Shown here piece after piece: positions 33,321-43,763 of a stretch of DNA of 64,000 nt. Position 1 is the stretch's first letter. Each line of letters starts with the position of its first letter. This DNA is from a virus. The notes below the pieces were generated by a model that was not told the DNA's origin, did no database searches, and was given only the letters and a program-made list of their open reading frames with translations. The position numbers and the translations under genes were made by a program. Location of the stretch: the IMG/VR virus record IMGVR_UViG_3300026512_000010, positions 1-64,000 of that record; one strand, 5' to 3'.

Positions 33321-36032
33321 TTACCATTCGTTTATGTCAATTTTATTTGTTTTTTCTAATTCCCATCCAATAGCCTTTGTAATTGTTTCTAAGGGCGTTA
33401 TGATATTTTTATTCCAGCTATAATCATAATCAATATAGTTCATTAGTCCTGTATCCTCTAAAAAAGAATCATTTAAAAAAGCAACAACGTCAAATTCTGT
33501 AGGATTTGGTGTTTTTAATTTAGCAATAAATGATTTCATTCCCTCTTCTATTTCCTGATGATATTCTTCAAGATTCATTTCTTTTCTTAACTGATTATAA
33601 CATATACCGCCTTTACTATTCATAGGTGCGCCAATTCTTAATCCGTTTTCATTTATTCTATAATATCCTCTTCCATCTTTACTATAATTAAGCTTGTTAA
33701 TTTTTACCACTTCACATATTAAAGAAGGCTTTTTCTCAAAAAATCCGACTTTTGAATTTTCTATAAACTCTTGAAGCTCTTTCTGATTTCCATTTAGAAT
33801 AATATATAATGCTTTGTTTAAAATTTCAATAGCATAATCTGGTGTTTGAGATTTTGCTACTTCTAATCCTGTTGTTTTAATTTTTGGTTTTTCTACAAAA
33901 TAACTTCCTTCATCATAAAGTGTTAAAAGAGCATACCTTTTCTTAGCAGTCCAAAATCCTTTAAGAGCAATTTTTTCAACTTTTGCTCCCATAAATCCTT
34001 TTTTATAAGAATTAAATTTTTTTCTAATAAATTCTATTGTATTATCAATTATAGGTTGTATTTCTCCATTTATAAAATCAAGTATTTTATCAATAAAAGC
34101 TCTTTTGTCTTCATCTGACAAAGAAGTAAAATCATCAGTATTAAAATCTTCTTTCAACCATTTTTTTATAATAGGTGCAAGAGATAAATAACCACTATCG
34201 GTATCCGCATAAATCCAGCTATTTTGTATATTATAATTTTCTTTTAAATACTTTTCTATGTTTCGACCTGTCATTCTATTTAAAAATCTTCCCATGAAAG
34301 TTATACTTCCAGAAATATTTCTATTACTCACAACAGAATGATTATTGTCTAAAAACCCAAATTCAGAATTGATATTAACTTTCATAGCTTGTTGAATGAC
34401 ATTTTTTAATACTGCATATTCTTCAAGTGTTTTCATAAATCTTTCTTCAACGGAATATGCATATACATCATCCCAGCTTAAATCTTCTTCAATTAAATTT
34501 GAAATTTCAACAGCAGATAATTTTTTACCATTTTTATTATTTAAAATAGCTTCTGCTTTAAGCATCTTTTGTTTTTCGGTTTTTCTACCATAATAAAACT
34601 CTTCTAATATTTCAGGTAAAATTCCTTGTTCATCAATCCTAAAAAATCCCAACCCTGCAAATTCTATATTGTATTTTTTACAAACTTTTTCTATTTTATC
34701 TAAGTAATCTAAATTATTAAGAAGTTTTTCTTCATTTTCGTCATTCGCATAATCAATTATTTCTTTTGCCTCTTGAGGAAGTTTATGATAAGGTATGTAT
34801 GTATCAGGGCTTAAATTAAATGCAACTTGAATAGATGGATATAGTGAGTTGTAATCATATGAGAATAACCATTCTATTAAACCAAAAATAGGATCTTTTA
34901 CATAACCTCCAACTATTGGTCTGTGATCTGAAGATTCTGGCTCTGATGGTAAGACCTTTTTCTTCTCTATAGCAAGATGTGTTAATAAATCTGTCCATGG
35001 AGCAACAGTTCCGAAAACATTGTCATAATTTGTTCCCATCATTTCAGCTACTGTCTGAATAAGTTTTAAAAGACCAACTGTCTTGTCAATATCTCTCAAT
35101 AAGACAATATCCATTACAGCATAATCTGTAAACTTTTCATAATTATTGACAAAAAACATTCTAATTGATTTATCCTCACCATAATCAACTTTACCCTTAT
35201 CCTCTCCTAAAAATACCTTAGCTATATGATCCAATGAATATGATTTCTGATCTTTAAAAGTAAACTTTTTGAATGCAAGCATTAAATCTATAAGATAAAT
35301 GCCTTTCCAAGTTACTTTTCTTCTTTTCTTTCCAAATTCTTCAAAATCTTTATATTTTGTTTCTCCAAGAGGTGAAAATTCATTTTTATCAATTCCTAAT
35401 ACTTCTGCTCTAATGGTTAAATATGGGAAGTCAAATGATTCAGCATTCCATCCAGTTATTATTGTAGGATTTCTCTTTTTCAATAATTTTATAAACTTTT
35501 CAAACATTTCTTCTTCTGAATTAGCAACAATGAATTTCAAATCTTTAAGATCATTTTTGTATTTTTCTTTAAGTTCTTGTTTTTTCTTTTCTGAAATATC
35601 TTTCCACATAAAAATTATTCCAGCATTTATTTTATTATCAAGTATCTGAATATGAGTAACAGGTATCTGCCCAGAAAATGTATCAGGAAACTCAGATTTA
35701 TTTGGATCAATAGCTTCTATATCAAGATACCATACATTTATATCCGAATGAGCACTCTGCTTCCAGGCTTCATGCCAAAGTATAATTTGAGGTTTTAAAG
35801 TATTAAAATTCTTTTTAGATAGTTCGCAGTATTGTTTTTCTTCTTTTATTAGAGTAGAATTTCCTGTAAGCATTTTATATTTTATATCAGGATTTGTAAG
35901 ATGTTCCCAGCCACCGTTTTCATCTTGAACAAATAAAACTTTTTTCATATTTTGTTTATCAAAAATCGATACTCCGTTCACATTTTTTCTAAGATATGTG
36001 TCCCATTTTTTAGTAAAAACTCCTTCAACCAT
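33321..36032 (-). CDS. Family B DNA polymerase (T4 gp43-like)
   Basis: Exo I YLDIEA; pol motifs DYNSLYPS, KVNINSEFG, IYADTDSGY. Confidence 0.9.
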   Translation of the reverse strand: MVEGVFTKKWDTYLRKNVNGVSIFDKQNMKKVLFVQDENGGWEHLTNPDIKYKMLTGNSTLIKEEKQYCELSKKNFNTLKPQIILWHEAWKQSAHSDINVWYLDIEAIDPNKSEFPDTFSGQIPVTHIQILDNKINAGIIFMWKDISEKKKQELKEKYKNDLKDLKFIVANSEEEMFEKFIKLLKKRNPTIITGWNAESFDFPYLTIRAEVLGIDKNEFSPLGETKYKDFEEFGKKRRKVTWKGIYLIDLMLAFKKFTFKDQKSYSLDHIAKVFLGEDKGKVDYGEDKSIRMFFVNNYEKFTDYAVMDIVLLRDIDKTVGLLKLIQTVAEMMGTNYDNVFGTVAPWTDLLTHLAIEKKKVLPSEPESSDHRPIVGGYVKDPIFGLIEWLFSYDYNSLYPSIQVAFNLSPDTYIPYHKLPQEAKEIIDYANDENEEKLLNNLDYLDKIEKVCKKYNIEFAGLGFFRIDEQGILPEILEEFYYGRKTEKQKMLKAEAILNNKNGKKLSAVEISNLIEEDLSWDDVYAYSVEERFMKTLEEYAVLKNVIQQAMKVNINSEFGFLDNNHSVVSNRNISGSITFMGRFLNRMTGRNIEKYLKENYNIQNSWIYADTDSGYLSLAPIIKKWLKEDFNTDDFTSLSDEDKRAFIDKILDFINGEIQPIIDNTIEFIRKKFNSYKKGFMGAKVEKIALKGFWTAKKRYALLTLYDEGSYFVEKPKIKTTGLEVAKSQTPDYAIEILNKALYIILNGNQKELQEFIENSKVGFFEKKPSLICEVVKINKLNYSKDGRGYYRINENGLRIGAPMNSKGGICYNQLRKEMNLEEYHQEIEEGMKSFIAKLKTPNPTEFDVVAFLNDSFLEDTGLMNYIDYDYSWNKNIITPLETITKAIGWELEKTNKIDINEW

Positions 36033-36044
36033 TAAGACCCTTTT

Positions 36045-36079
36045 TTATAATTATATATTAATCTGAAGAAGAAGTAAAG
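36045..36079 (-). promoter_or_regulatory. Promoter cassette (variant) for the DNA polymerase gene
   Basis: tttataattatatattaatctgaagaagaagtaaag. Confidence 0.4.
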
Positions 36080-36349
36080 CTATTCTTCCTCAAAGGCTAA
36101 AACACTTGCTTCATTCACCACAGAATAAATTTTTCCTCTAACAATTATATCATAAGATGCTTGCTCTTCAAAAAACACTTTCATATCTTTTTTTACAAAT
36201 TTAACATTTGGACCAATCTCCTTTACAATACCTTCTGAAAGATCCTTATTAGCTCTTTGTTTAGTTAGTATAATACCACTATCTGTTTTAACTTCTTTTT
36301 CACTTTCAATTTTTTCTATAAATAATTTTTCTCCAGTTGGTTTAATCAT
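36080..36349 (-). CDS. GroES/T4 gp31-like co-chaperonin
   Basis: MIKPTGEKLFIEK...DSGIILTKQ...SEGIVKEIGPNV...ASVLAFEEE follows the GroES/gp31 pattern (IKP.gd...sGIil...G.V..vGp...vLa.e). Confidence 0.55.
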   Translation of the reverse strand: MIKPTGEKLFIEKIESEKEVKTDSGIILTKQRANKDLSEGIVKEIGPNVKFVKKDMKVFFEEQASYDIIVRGKIYSVVNEASVLAFEEE

Positions 36350-36633
36350 TTCTTTTTCCTTTTAAATAATTTTTTTAATAATTGAGGATAATTATCCGCC
36401 TTTTTTTCAAAGCACCAAGAATTGCAAATTCTTCTTAAAACTCCAAAATCTATATCCTTTTTTCCAAATAAAAATTCATAAAACTCTTTTTCATACCCAT
36501 AACAAAAAACTAAATCAACAAAAGATTTATATGTTTTCCAATATTTAATTATTCTATATTTTTTCATAAATTTTCCTGGAAAATAAATATAGAATTTTAA
36601 AAAATATTTTAATTTTTTAAATTCTTCTTTCAT
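36346..36633 (-). CDS. Hypothetical basic protein
   Basis: ORF. Confidence 0.35.
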   Translation of the reverse strand: MKEEFKKLKYFLKFYIYFPGKFMKKYRIIKYWKTYKSFVDLVFCYGYEKEFYEFLFGKKDIDFGVLRRICNSWCFEKKADNYPQLLKKLFKRKKK

Positions 36634-36641
36634 AATATTCC

Positions 36642-37985
36642 TTATATTTTAAAAATAGATTGATTTATTATATCATCTGTAGTTTCCTCCATAATTTTAG
36701 ATTCTGTATAATCAGGTGTATCTTCAAGATCCACAAATCTACTATACTCTGGCTCAAATTTTACTAAATGAGAAGAAAGATAACCTCCAATTCTATTTTT
36801 TAAAAATTTTAGCATTACAGTTTTTTCCTGCCTCATTTTTTCATTAGAAAGAATGGCAATTATTGAATCAGCAGTTTGAACAATACCTATTGAATCAGAT
36901 ATTGTCTCCATTCCTGCTTCTGTATTATTATATGCACTTCTATTTAACTGAAATGCTGTTAAAATAGGAATTCCAAGTTCTTTGGCTAATGCGTGAACTT
37001 CTTCGGCAATTGATTTATAGTATTGATAGCTCCCAGCTTTGGCTATTGAAACCCTTGAACTGCTCATTAATCCTAAATAATCTATTACTAAAACATCAGG
37101 CGTAAAACCATCCTTATTTTTTAATTTTTGTAAATAAGATTTAATCCTAGTAACATTTAAAACCCCAGCAGGATACTCTTTGATTCTCAAATGACCTAAA
37201 TTTCCTAATGCTTCAAATTTTCTTTGATATTCTTCAAAAGATAAATTTTTTAAATCATTAATAGTAATATTTATTAAATTTGCATCTATTCTTTTAGCAA
37301 TTTCTTCTTCTGTCATTTCAAGAGTAAAATATATCACATTCTTTTGCCTTAAAAGAAAATTAGCCGTTGAATTAATACACATCATCGATTTTCCTGAGTG
37401 CGATGCTCCAACAATTATATTCAATGTTTTCTTTGGAATTCCATTAGCCAATGCTTTATCTATTGATGGAATTCCCAGAGGAATTCCAAGAACTTTTTTA
37501 GTATAATAGTCATATCTTTGTTTTAATCCATCTATGTCATCATATTTTAGCCCTAATTCTGTATCAAAATTAATTGCTAATGACTGCTCAATCAATCCTA
37601 AAATCACATTAAATTCTTTATCTTTCTCAATTAATTCAGCAGATTTTAAAATTGAGTCAGTTAGACTTTGTTTCTGTATATATTTCTCAGACTCTTTATA
37701 TAAGAATTCTTCATCATCAGGGATATCTGTTTTAACAACCAATTTTATAACTTCTGAAAGTTCTTTTTTAAGATTTTCAGGAATTTTTTGATTTTTAAAA
37801 TAAAGAATGAAATCTTTTAATGAAGGCTTTTTTCCATATTCATCAACATATGTTTTTAATAATTTAAAAATTTCTTGAAGTTTAACATTACCAAAAATAT
37901 TTTCTTTTAAAAAAGGATAAACTACACCAAAATATTTTTCATCTTCAAGTAACGCTTTTAAAATTACAACTTCTATATCGTTCAT
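36642..37985 (-). CDS. DnaB-family replicative DNA helicase (T4 gp41-like)
   Basis: Walker A IIVGASHSGKSMMCIN, Walker B LVIDYLGLM, RecA-like C-domain. Confidence 0.7.
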   Translation of the reverse strand: MNDIEVVILKALLEDEKYFGVVYPFLKENIFGNVKLQEIFKLLKTYVDEYGKKPSLKDFILYFKNQKIPENLKKELSEVIKLVVKTDIPDDEEFLYKESEKYIQKQSLTDSILKSAELIEKDKEFNVILGLIEQSLAINFDTELGLKYDDIDGLKQRYDYYTKKVLGIPLGIPSIDKALANGIPKKTLNIIVGASHSGKSMMCINSTANFLLRQKNVIYFTLEMTEEEIAKRIDANLINITINDLKNLSFEEYQRKFEALGNLGHLRIKEYPAGVLNVTRIKSYLQKLKNKDGFTPDVLVIDYLGLMSSSRVSIAKAGSYQYYKSIAEEVHALAKELGIPILTAFQLNRSAYNNTEAGMETISDSIGIVQTADSIIAILSNEKMRQEKTVMLKFLKNRIGGYLSSHLVKFEPEYSRFVDLEDTPDYTESKIMEETTDDIINQSIFKI

Positions 37986-38276
37986 TTATCCTCCAAAATG
38001 ATGTTTTACCAATTCTTTTAATTGTTCTTCAAATTCATGAAAAATAATTCCTTCTTTTATATAATTATAATATAAATCTTTTAATAGTAAAGTTAAATAT
38101 TTTTCAAATAATCCAGGTTCTTTTCTGTATCTAAAATCTACTGAAATTCTATTTTCCCAAGCACCATCTAAAAAATAAATGGTTATTAATTGTTTTCCAA
38201 CAGCATGTATTTCAATAGGAAGTCCAAAAAATACTATTTCATAAAAATCTTCATTTCTCTTTTTCATAAAAAACAT
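37986..38276 (-). CDS. Hypothetical protein
   Basis: ORF. Confidence 0.35.
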   Translation of the reverse strand: MFFMKKRNEDFYEIVFFGLPIEIHAVGKQLITIYFLDGAWENRISVDFRYRKEPGLFEKYLTLLLKDLYYNYIKEGIIFHEFEEQLKELVKHHFGG

Positions 38277-38534
38277 TTAATTCTCCTCAATTATACAATT
38301 TTTAGCAGAACCATTTTCAAAAATAATTATTCCTGTTTCATCATCAAAATCAACAATTTTTGAAGAATCTATAACAGTCCAACCTTTTCCTTTAATATTA
38401 CAGGTTATAGTGGAATGTTGAAGTTTTTCCATGTAAGATTTATGCTCAGCATTAATAGCATAAAATATACTTATTAATATTATAATTATAGCTAAATATT
38501 TATAACCAGGTTTAGTTCTAATTCTTTCTAACAT
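38277..38534 (-). CDS. Small protein with N-terminal TM helix
   Basis: ORF after promoter 38546-38584. Confidence 0.35.
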   Translation of the reverse strand: MLERIRTKPGYKYLAIIIILISIFYAINAEHKSYMEKLQHSTITCNIKGKGWTVIDSSKIVDFDDETGIIIFENGSAKNCIIEEN

Positions 38535-38545
38535 CTTAACTCCTT

Positions 38546-38584
38546 AACTTTTCTTATAAATAATTATAATATATATTTTTGAAA
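38546..38584 (-). promoter_or_regulatory. Conserved phage promoter cassette with upstream element
   Basis: cttataaataattataatatatatttttgaaaaagtaaa then tagtttaaggaaaatttaagg. Confidence 0.5.
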
Positions 38585-38616
38585 AAGTAAATAGTTTAAG
38601 GAAAATTTAAGGAAAG

Positions 38617-38835
38617 TTAAAAAGAAGTTTTAAGAAGTTTTTTACCTTTCTTAGTAATAAAGCAGTCCAATCCGTTATAGACCAGCACAAAATCATTATA
38701 ATATGCGTCAATTCTTTTTATACAATCTACGCAAATACATTTAATTTTCTTATCAGCAAATTCAAAGGGTTCTTTACAGCTCTTTACGCCTACTTTAGAA
38801 CCACAAAGATCACAAATTTTACATTCACGTTTCAT
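38617..38835 (-). CDS. Zinc-ribbon small protein
   Basis: CKICDLC...CKEP...CICVDC. Confidence 0.4.
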   Translation of the reverse strand: MKRECKICDLCGSKVGVKSCKEPFEFADKKIKCICVDCIKRIDAYYNDFVLVYNGLDCFITKKGKKLLKTSF

Positions 38836-38836
38836 T

Positions 38837-39073
38837 TTATTGTCCTGTCAAATAATTATAAATTCCGATAATATTTATAAGTGCAAAAACAATATTCATA
38901 TATAAAATATTTTTATTTTTTACTTCAATTGAATATTCAATCCAAAACAAATTACTAATTAAGAAAAACACAAATCCAAAATAATTTACGTTTAAATTCA
39001 ATGCTATTATTAAAGCTCCTAAAATAGCTGTTACACTTCCTAAAAAATCACATTTCATATAATACTTCTCCAA
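38837..39073 (-). CDS. Small membrane protein
   Basis: Two TM helices. Confidence 0.35.
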   Translation of the reverse strand: MEKYYMKCDFLGSVTAILGALIIALNLNVNYFGFVFFLISNLFWIEYSIEVKNKNILYMNIVFALINIIGIYNYLTGQ

Positions 39074-39977
39074 TTAATTCAATAACTTCTTGAACATCTT
39101 GAGGTGTGGCTTCTCTGTGAAGTGTCACACCTTGTGCATGTAAATGTCCGCCAAGACTTTTTATTGAAGGATGGGTAATATTCATCAATTTTTGAAATTT
39201 TTCTTCCATTTCTTCATCATCTATATCTTTGTGTCTTAGAGATAGTCTTTTTGCGAAAGGATAGGCGATAATATAATGTGTATAATTTGGATAATCAAAT
39301 TGAACAAAAGAACTAAATTCATAACTATCCATAATAAATAAAGCCACTTTATCAGCTATCGTTATTCTTCCTTCTTTTTCCATTCTTTTAAAATATTCAT
39401 CTTTTCTTTTCAAATATTCTTTGTAGTCTTTTTTAAATTCTTCAGGAATTTTATAATCATTTTCTTTAACTTTTTTATAAAAATTATTTTCCCCTACATT
39501 ATAAAAAATATTGTTTACAGCAAAAGCTTTTTTCCATAAAGGGCTATCTAATCTCCACATATCATAAGTATCTATTATTTCGATTAATTCCTGAAGATTC
39601 TTATTTTGAGGCTTGAAAATATTGTCTAAAATTTTTGTAGCACAAATTGTCGTATCTATAACATATTTAAAATCATATTTTTCTTTTAATTTTTCAAATA
39701 CTTGAAGTTCTTTTTCTTCATATTTGTGGTGATCAAAATATCTTATTTTCCACCCATCTTTTAAAAGCTCTATCATAGCCTTTAAATCATCTTTTTTAAA
39801 ATTTAAGTCAGTAATAAAAAGTGTTTTTTCATCTGTCTTTGTTTCTTTTAATGCTTTTAAATTATCAAAGCAATCATCATAACTTGTATGAATTACTGAT
39901 TCAAATTTATATTTATCCTCTAAAGCAAATCTACATCCATATCCATCTAAATCATTATGTGTAAGTAATTTCATCAA
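39048..39977 (-). CDS. DHH-family phosphoesterase (NrnA/RecJ-like)
   Basis: THNDLDGYGC (D-x-DG), FDHH, GGHLHAQG motifs. Confidence 0.6.
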   Translation of the reverse strand: MMKLLTHNDLDGYGCRFALEDKYKFESVIHTSYDDCFDNLKALKETKTDEKTLFITDLNFKKDDLKAMIELLKDGWKIRYFDHHKYEEKELQVFEKLKEKYDFKYVIDTTICATKILDNIFKPQNKNLQELIEIIDTYDMWRLDSPLWKKAFAVNNIFYNVGENNFYKKVKENDYKIPEEFKKDYKEYLKRKDEYFKRMEKEGRITIADKVALFIMDSYEFSSFVQFDYPNYTHYIIAYPFAKRLSLRHKDIDDEEMEEKFQKLMNITHPSIKSLGGHLHAQGVTLHREATPQDVQEVIELIGEVLYEM

Positions 39978-39987
39978 TTTCCTTTAA

Positions 39988-40617
39988 TTAAAATTCTGAT
40001 TTTTCAAATTTAATACATCTATAAAAGTTACAATCTAACCAATCTTCTATTGGATAACAACTCCCACTTTCATCATAACTTTCTAGAATATATCCATTTT
40101 CTGATTTTTTAACAATATAAGCATCTATAAAATTTACTAAAAAATCATTAATAACAATATCGCCTTCAAAAATAACATTCCCATCAATATCTTTATATGG
40201 AGTTGCTTTAAAAATATAATCAACGTTTTCAGCAACTAAAATTTCTTCATAACTATTTCCATTGTCATAAAATTCTTGTGTTTCATAATATGCAATTTCT
40301 TTTGTTTTTAAATTAACAAATCCATTCCAAAATTGTGTTTCACTTTTATTTACATTAACTATAAAAAATGAATTTTCATCTTTTGTTTGTATATCTAAAA
40401 TATAAAAAACAGGATTTTTAATATTTGGGAAAGAATGATATAAACTTTTTTTATCAATTAAAAATTTTTTTGAAATTATATTAAGATTTTTATGATATGT
40501 AAATTTTGTCTCACCATCTTTTAAATATGTAACTTGATATGATTTGCACCAATCACTATAATTATCTTTAATATTTGTATTATAAATCATACCTCTTTTA
40601 TTAAATAAAACTTTCAT
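39988..40617 (-). CDS. YopX-like protein
   Basis: IDGNVIFEGDIV resembles the YopX kd.nGkeIyEGDiv motif. Confidence 0.4.
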   Translation of the reverse strand: MKVLFNKRGMIYNTNIKDNYSDWCKSYQVTYLKDGETKFTYHKNLNIISKKFLIDKKSLYHSFPNIKNPVFYILDIQTKDENSFFIVNVNKSETQFWNGFVNLKTKEIAYYETQEFYDNGNSYEEILVAENVDYIFKATPYKDIDGNVIFEGDIVINDFLVNFIDAYIVKKSENGYILESYDESGSCYPIEDWLDCNFYRCIKFEKSEF

Positions 40618-40634
40618 ATTAACTCCTTAATTTT

Positions 40635-40674
40635 TTATAATATAATTATATTATATTTTTAAGATAATGTAAAG
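40635..40674 (-). promoter_or_regulatory. Promoter cassette (variant)
   Basis: tataatataattatattatatttttaagataatgtaaagg. Confidence 0.4.
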
Positions 40675-40722
40675 GATTAGGAAATAATATTTTTTATAAA
40701 AATAATTTTTTAAAATTTGACT

Positions 40723-41127
40723 TTATTTGTTATTTCTACCTTTTGTATTTTCATAAATATTGCCAACAATTTCTAGATTTCCATTTATTAGATAATCAAT
40801 CCCAAAATCAGAATCTAACTCAACCGCTTTAAATTGACATTTATCATCAATCCATTTTATAATATATAATGCAGGATCCTGTTTATATTTCACAATATCC
40901 CCCTCAAAAATTTCTTTACCATTTTTGTCTTTGAAACCAGTATATTCAATTAAAAATGCTTCTCTTTTTCCATTTACTGTAAATTGAACAGGATAAGTGT
41001 CTTTTCCATTAAATCTCCAGACAGTGGCAGCTATGAGCTCCCCTGTAACATTGTCAAACTCTAAATTTTGAACATTAACCATTTGTTTTTCGATATCATC
41101 CCATATTTTATATTTAACTTTTTTCAT
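40723..41127 (-). CDS. YopX-like protein (paralog)
   Basis: DKNGKEIFEGDIVKY. Confidence 0.4.
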   Translation of the reverse strand: MKKVKYKIWDDIEKQMVNVQNLEFDNVTGELIAATVWRFNGKDTYPVQFTVNGKREAFLIEYTGFKDKNGKEIFEGDIVKYKQDPALYIIKWIDDKCQFKAVELDSDFGIDYLINGNLEIVGNIYENTKGRNNK

Positions 41128-41343
41128 TTCTTTCTCCTTATCAATTTATCGTTTCCAACCAATAACTTCTTATTATAATTATTATTCTTAAATTGTTATT
41201 TATTTTCCTTTGATATAATAATTAGTTTCAAAGAAATTTATTATATCTTTTTTGAAATTGCTACTCTATTTAATCTAAATCTATTACCAACGTGATTTAC
41301 TTCATATAATGCATTTTTTGCTTATTCCACCCTCCTGCACTTG

Positions 41344-41778
41344 TTAAAAATTCATCTTTTTCATTTCATTTTTTAAGAATTCAATTTCTTCTTTAGACAT
41401 TAATTCTTTGTATTGTTTTGCTATTTGATAACTGCATTTATAATAATCGGAAATAAATTCTATAAAAGCATTTTCATCTTTGTTTTTCTTAGGATATTTT
41501 ATATATGTCTTAGGAAGCATTTTATCAACTAATTTATATTGATAATATATAGGAATATTTTTTACAGTCAAAAGAAAAGCTAAATTAATTGTTTGAGGAT
41601 TATTACTTAAAAGATTATGAAATAAATATTCAGGTATTTTTTCAATATCCTTTTTTGAGGGCTTTCCTTTTTTAGTTATACAAGAATACATAGTCCCAAA
41701 TAAATCAAATTTTTCTTTTTTAATTTCTATTTCTTCAATTTCCTGCTTTTTTATTTCAACGCCCCAGTCTTCAAGCAT
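41344..41778 (-). CDS. Hypothetical protein
   Basis: ORF. Confidence 0.4.
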   Translation of the reverse strand: MLEDWGVEIKKQEIEEIEIKKEKFDLFGTMYSCITKKGKPSKKDIEKIPEYLFHNLLSNNPQTINLAFLLTVKNIPIYYQYKLVDKMLPKTYIKYPKKNKDENAFIEFISDYYKCSYQIAKQYKELMSKEEIEFLKNEMKKMNF

Positions 41779-41786
41779 AATACTCC

Positions 41787-42104
41787 TTAATATTTAAACT
41801 TTTTAATACTTGATAAATCTTTTTTGTTTTTATCATAATGTTTACATTCTAAACAATTTTTTCTACTCAGTTTTTCTTTTAAAACAAGACAGTCAAAACA
41901 GCTTCCGTGTAAATTACAATAATCTTTTACATTATTTACTGTAATACACCCTATTTCATCAAAAATTTCTTTATCCCCAGTGCAAGAATAAATAAAAAAG
42001 TTATGATTATCCATGTTTTCTATATACTTTTTCTTTATTAAATCAATAGCTTCTTCTTCGGTAATTTTTAGTCTTTTTTTAAATACCTTATAAAAATCAA
42101 GCAT
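41787..42104 (-). CDS. Hypothetical Cys-rich protein
   Basis: ORF; several Cys pairs. Confidence 0.4.
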   Translation of the reverse strand: MLDFYKVFKKRLKITEEEAIDLIKKKYIENMDNHNFFIYSCTGDKEIFDEIGCITVNNVKDYCNLHGSCFDCLVLKEKLSRKNCLECKHYDKNKKDLSSIKKFKY

Positions 42105-42492
42105 ATAATAATCCTAATTCATAAATTTTATTTTGTATTCCTAGAAGTTTTTCATAATGCTCTTTTCTTATAAATGTTTTAACAATATTTTTGTTTATAT
42201 TAATATAACTATCATAATATTTTATTTTTATAACTCCTCCTCTATACAAAACTTCGCAATCAGGACATAAATCTTTTAATTTTTTCATAACTTCATTTGA
42301 TACATATTCATTATATTTTTTCAAAAGTGTTCTATAAAGTTTTTCATAACTATCATATCTCCCAAATTTCGTTAAAAATTTATCATTTACAATTAATATG
42401 ACAGCTTCAAATCCACTTCTTTCTATTTTTAATGCATCTTCTGAAATTTCTTCTACCTTGAAAAAATTGATAATTTTATTTAAATAGTCCAT
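42097..42492 (-). CDS. Hypothetical protein
   Basis: ORF. Confidence 0.4.
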   Translation of the reverse strand: MDYLNKIINFFKVEEISEDALKIERSGFEAVILIVNDKFLTKFGRYDSYEKLYRTLLKKYNEYVSNEVMKKLKDLCPDCEVLYRGGVIKIKYYDSYININKNIVKTFIRKEHYEKLLGIQNKIYELGLLYA

Positions 42493-42501
42493 TTTTACTC
42501 C

Positions 42502-42858
42502 TTATACTAAAAAATCAAGTTTTTCTATAAATTCTGTTTTTTCTTCTTCATTTTTTAATCTTTTATATTCTTGTAAAATGTCATTACAAAATTTCTCATA
42601 AAATTCTTTTTTAGCCTTTAACACTTTAATTTCATCTTTCAATGATTGATTTTCTTCTCTAAGTTCTTGTATTTTATCAAAAAATAATTCATCTTTTTTA
42701 AGATCTTCTATTTCTTTAACTAACTGTGAAATTTCATAGGAAAATTTTTCATTCATTTCAGATAAAATTAAATTTCTTTTTCTTAAAGCTTCAAATTCTC
42801 TTTTTAATTCTTCAAACTCTGATTTTTTAATCTTTACATATTTTGGTGTTCCAAACAT
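42502..42858 (-). CDS. Hypothetical coiled-coil protein
   Basis: ORF after promoter 42877-42915. Confidence 0.4.
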   Translation of the reverse strand: MFGTPKYVKIKKSEFEELKREFEALRKRNLILSEMNEKFSYEISQLVKEIEDLKKDELFFDKIQELREENQSLKDEIKVLKAKKEFYEKFCNDILQEYKRLKNEEEKTEFIEKLDFLV

Positions 42859-42876
42859 TTTAACTCCTTAATTTTT

Positions 42877-42915
42877 CTTATAAATAATTATATTATATTT
42901 TTTTGCAAAAGTAAA
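42877..42915 (-). promoter_or_regulatory. Conserved phage promoter cassette with upstream element
   Basis: cttataaataattatattatatttttttgcaaaagtaaa then tagtttaaagaaaatttaag. Confidence 0.5.
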
Positions 42916-42930
42916 TAGTTTAAAGAAAAT

Positions 42931-43155
42931 TTAAGAATTAAATTTTTTAAAATTTATATCAATAAATGGGTTTTTATATGGACTAAATATGACAAGTTCT
43001 CCATTCATATCAATAAATGTAACCTGAGCTTTTATAAATCCATTTTCAAAAATCCATGTTTCGCCTTTAAATGGTCCAAACTGAGCCTTTCCCTGAAAAT
43101 GAGAATTTATTTTAAAATTTGCACATATTTCATCTATATATGTAATAAAATTCAT
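42931..43155 (-). CDS. Hypothetical protein
   Basis: ORF; start overlaps the stop of the small upstream ORF (TAAATG). Confidence 0.4.
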   Translation of the reverse strand: MNFITYIDEICANFKINSHFQGKAQFGPFKGETWIFENGFIKAQVTFIDMNGELVIFSPYKNPFIDINFKKFNS

Positions 43156-43326
43156 TTATACTCCTATTTTTCTAAAATGTAGTTTTTTAAATTGTTTGTT
43201 TACAGGTTTACCCCAAATAGCTTTAATAATCATTCTATCTCTAAATTTTTTATCTTTATAAACTTTTTGTAGGATTTTTATTTCTCTTGTAGGTGATAAT
43301 ATGTGGGAAGGATAGATAAGTCTCAT
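43156..43326 (-). CDS. Small basic 56-aa ORF not in the ORF track (translationally coupled)
   Basis: ATG 43324-43326 overlaps the stop of 43323..43715 as ATGA; MRLIYPSHILSPTREIKILQKVYKDKKF... Confidence 0.3.
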   Translation of the reverse strand: MRLIYPSHILSPTREIKILQKVYKDKKFRDRMIIKAIWGKPVNKQFKKLHFRKIGV

Positions 43327-43715
43327 TGACTTATCTTTTTTGAAGGGTCTTGAATTAAAAGATTATAAAGATTTATAAAATCTATTTTTACATTTACAAG
43401 ATAAAAATAAAGCCTATCTAAATTGCCTTCATTATTTACTTCTCTTTTAATTGTTTCTAAAAGAAGTTCCGGAACCATTAAAAGTCCATCACCTTGTTTT
43501 AATTCTGAATTGATGTATTTCTTTTCTTTTTCCTCAGTGATGTCTAAAAAATTATAAATGCATCTAATTTGATTTAAAATCTTTTCAATCATCTTTGAAA
43601 TTTTTTCAATATCTTGTTCACCAAGATAATACTGTAATTTTTCCAAATTATATACTAAATAGAAAAGCTCACCTCTTCGAATTTCTGTATTACATTCAAT
43701 ATCATAAAATCTCAT
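43323..43715 (-). CDS. Hypothetical protein
   Basis: ORF. Confidence 0.4.
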   Translation of the reverse strand: MRFYDIECNTEIRRGELFYLVYNLEKLQYYLGEQDIEKISKMIEKILNQIRCIYNFLDITEEKEKKYINSELKQGDGLLMVPELLLETIKREVNNEGNLDRLYFYLVNVKIDFINLYNLLIQDPSKKISQ

Positions 43716-43763
43716 TCTTGTCCTTTAATAAATTTTTTTAACTTATCAAAAGACAAGAAGGAA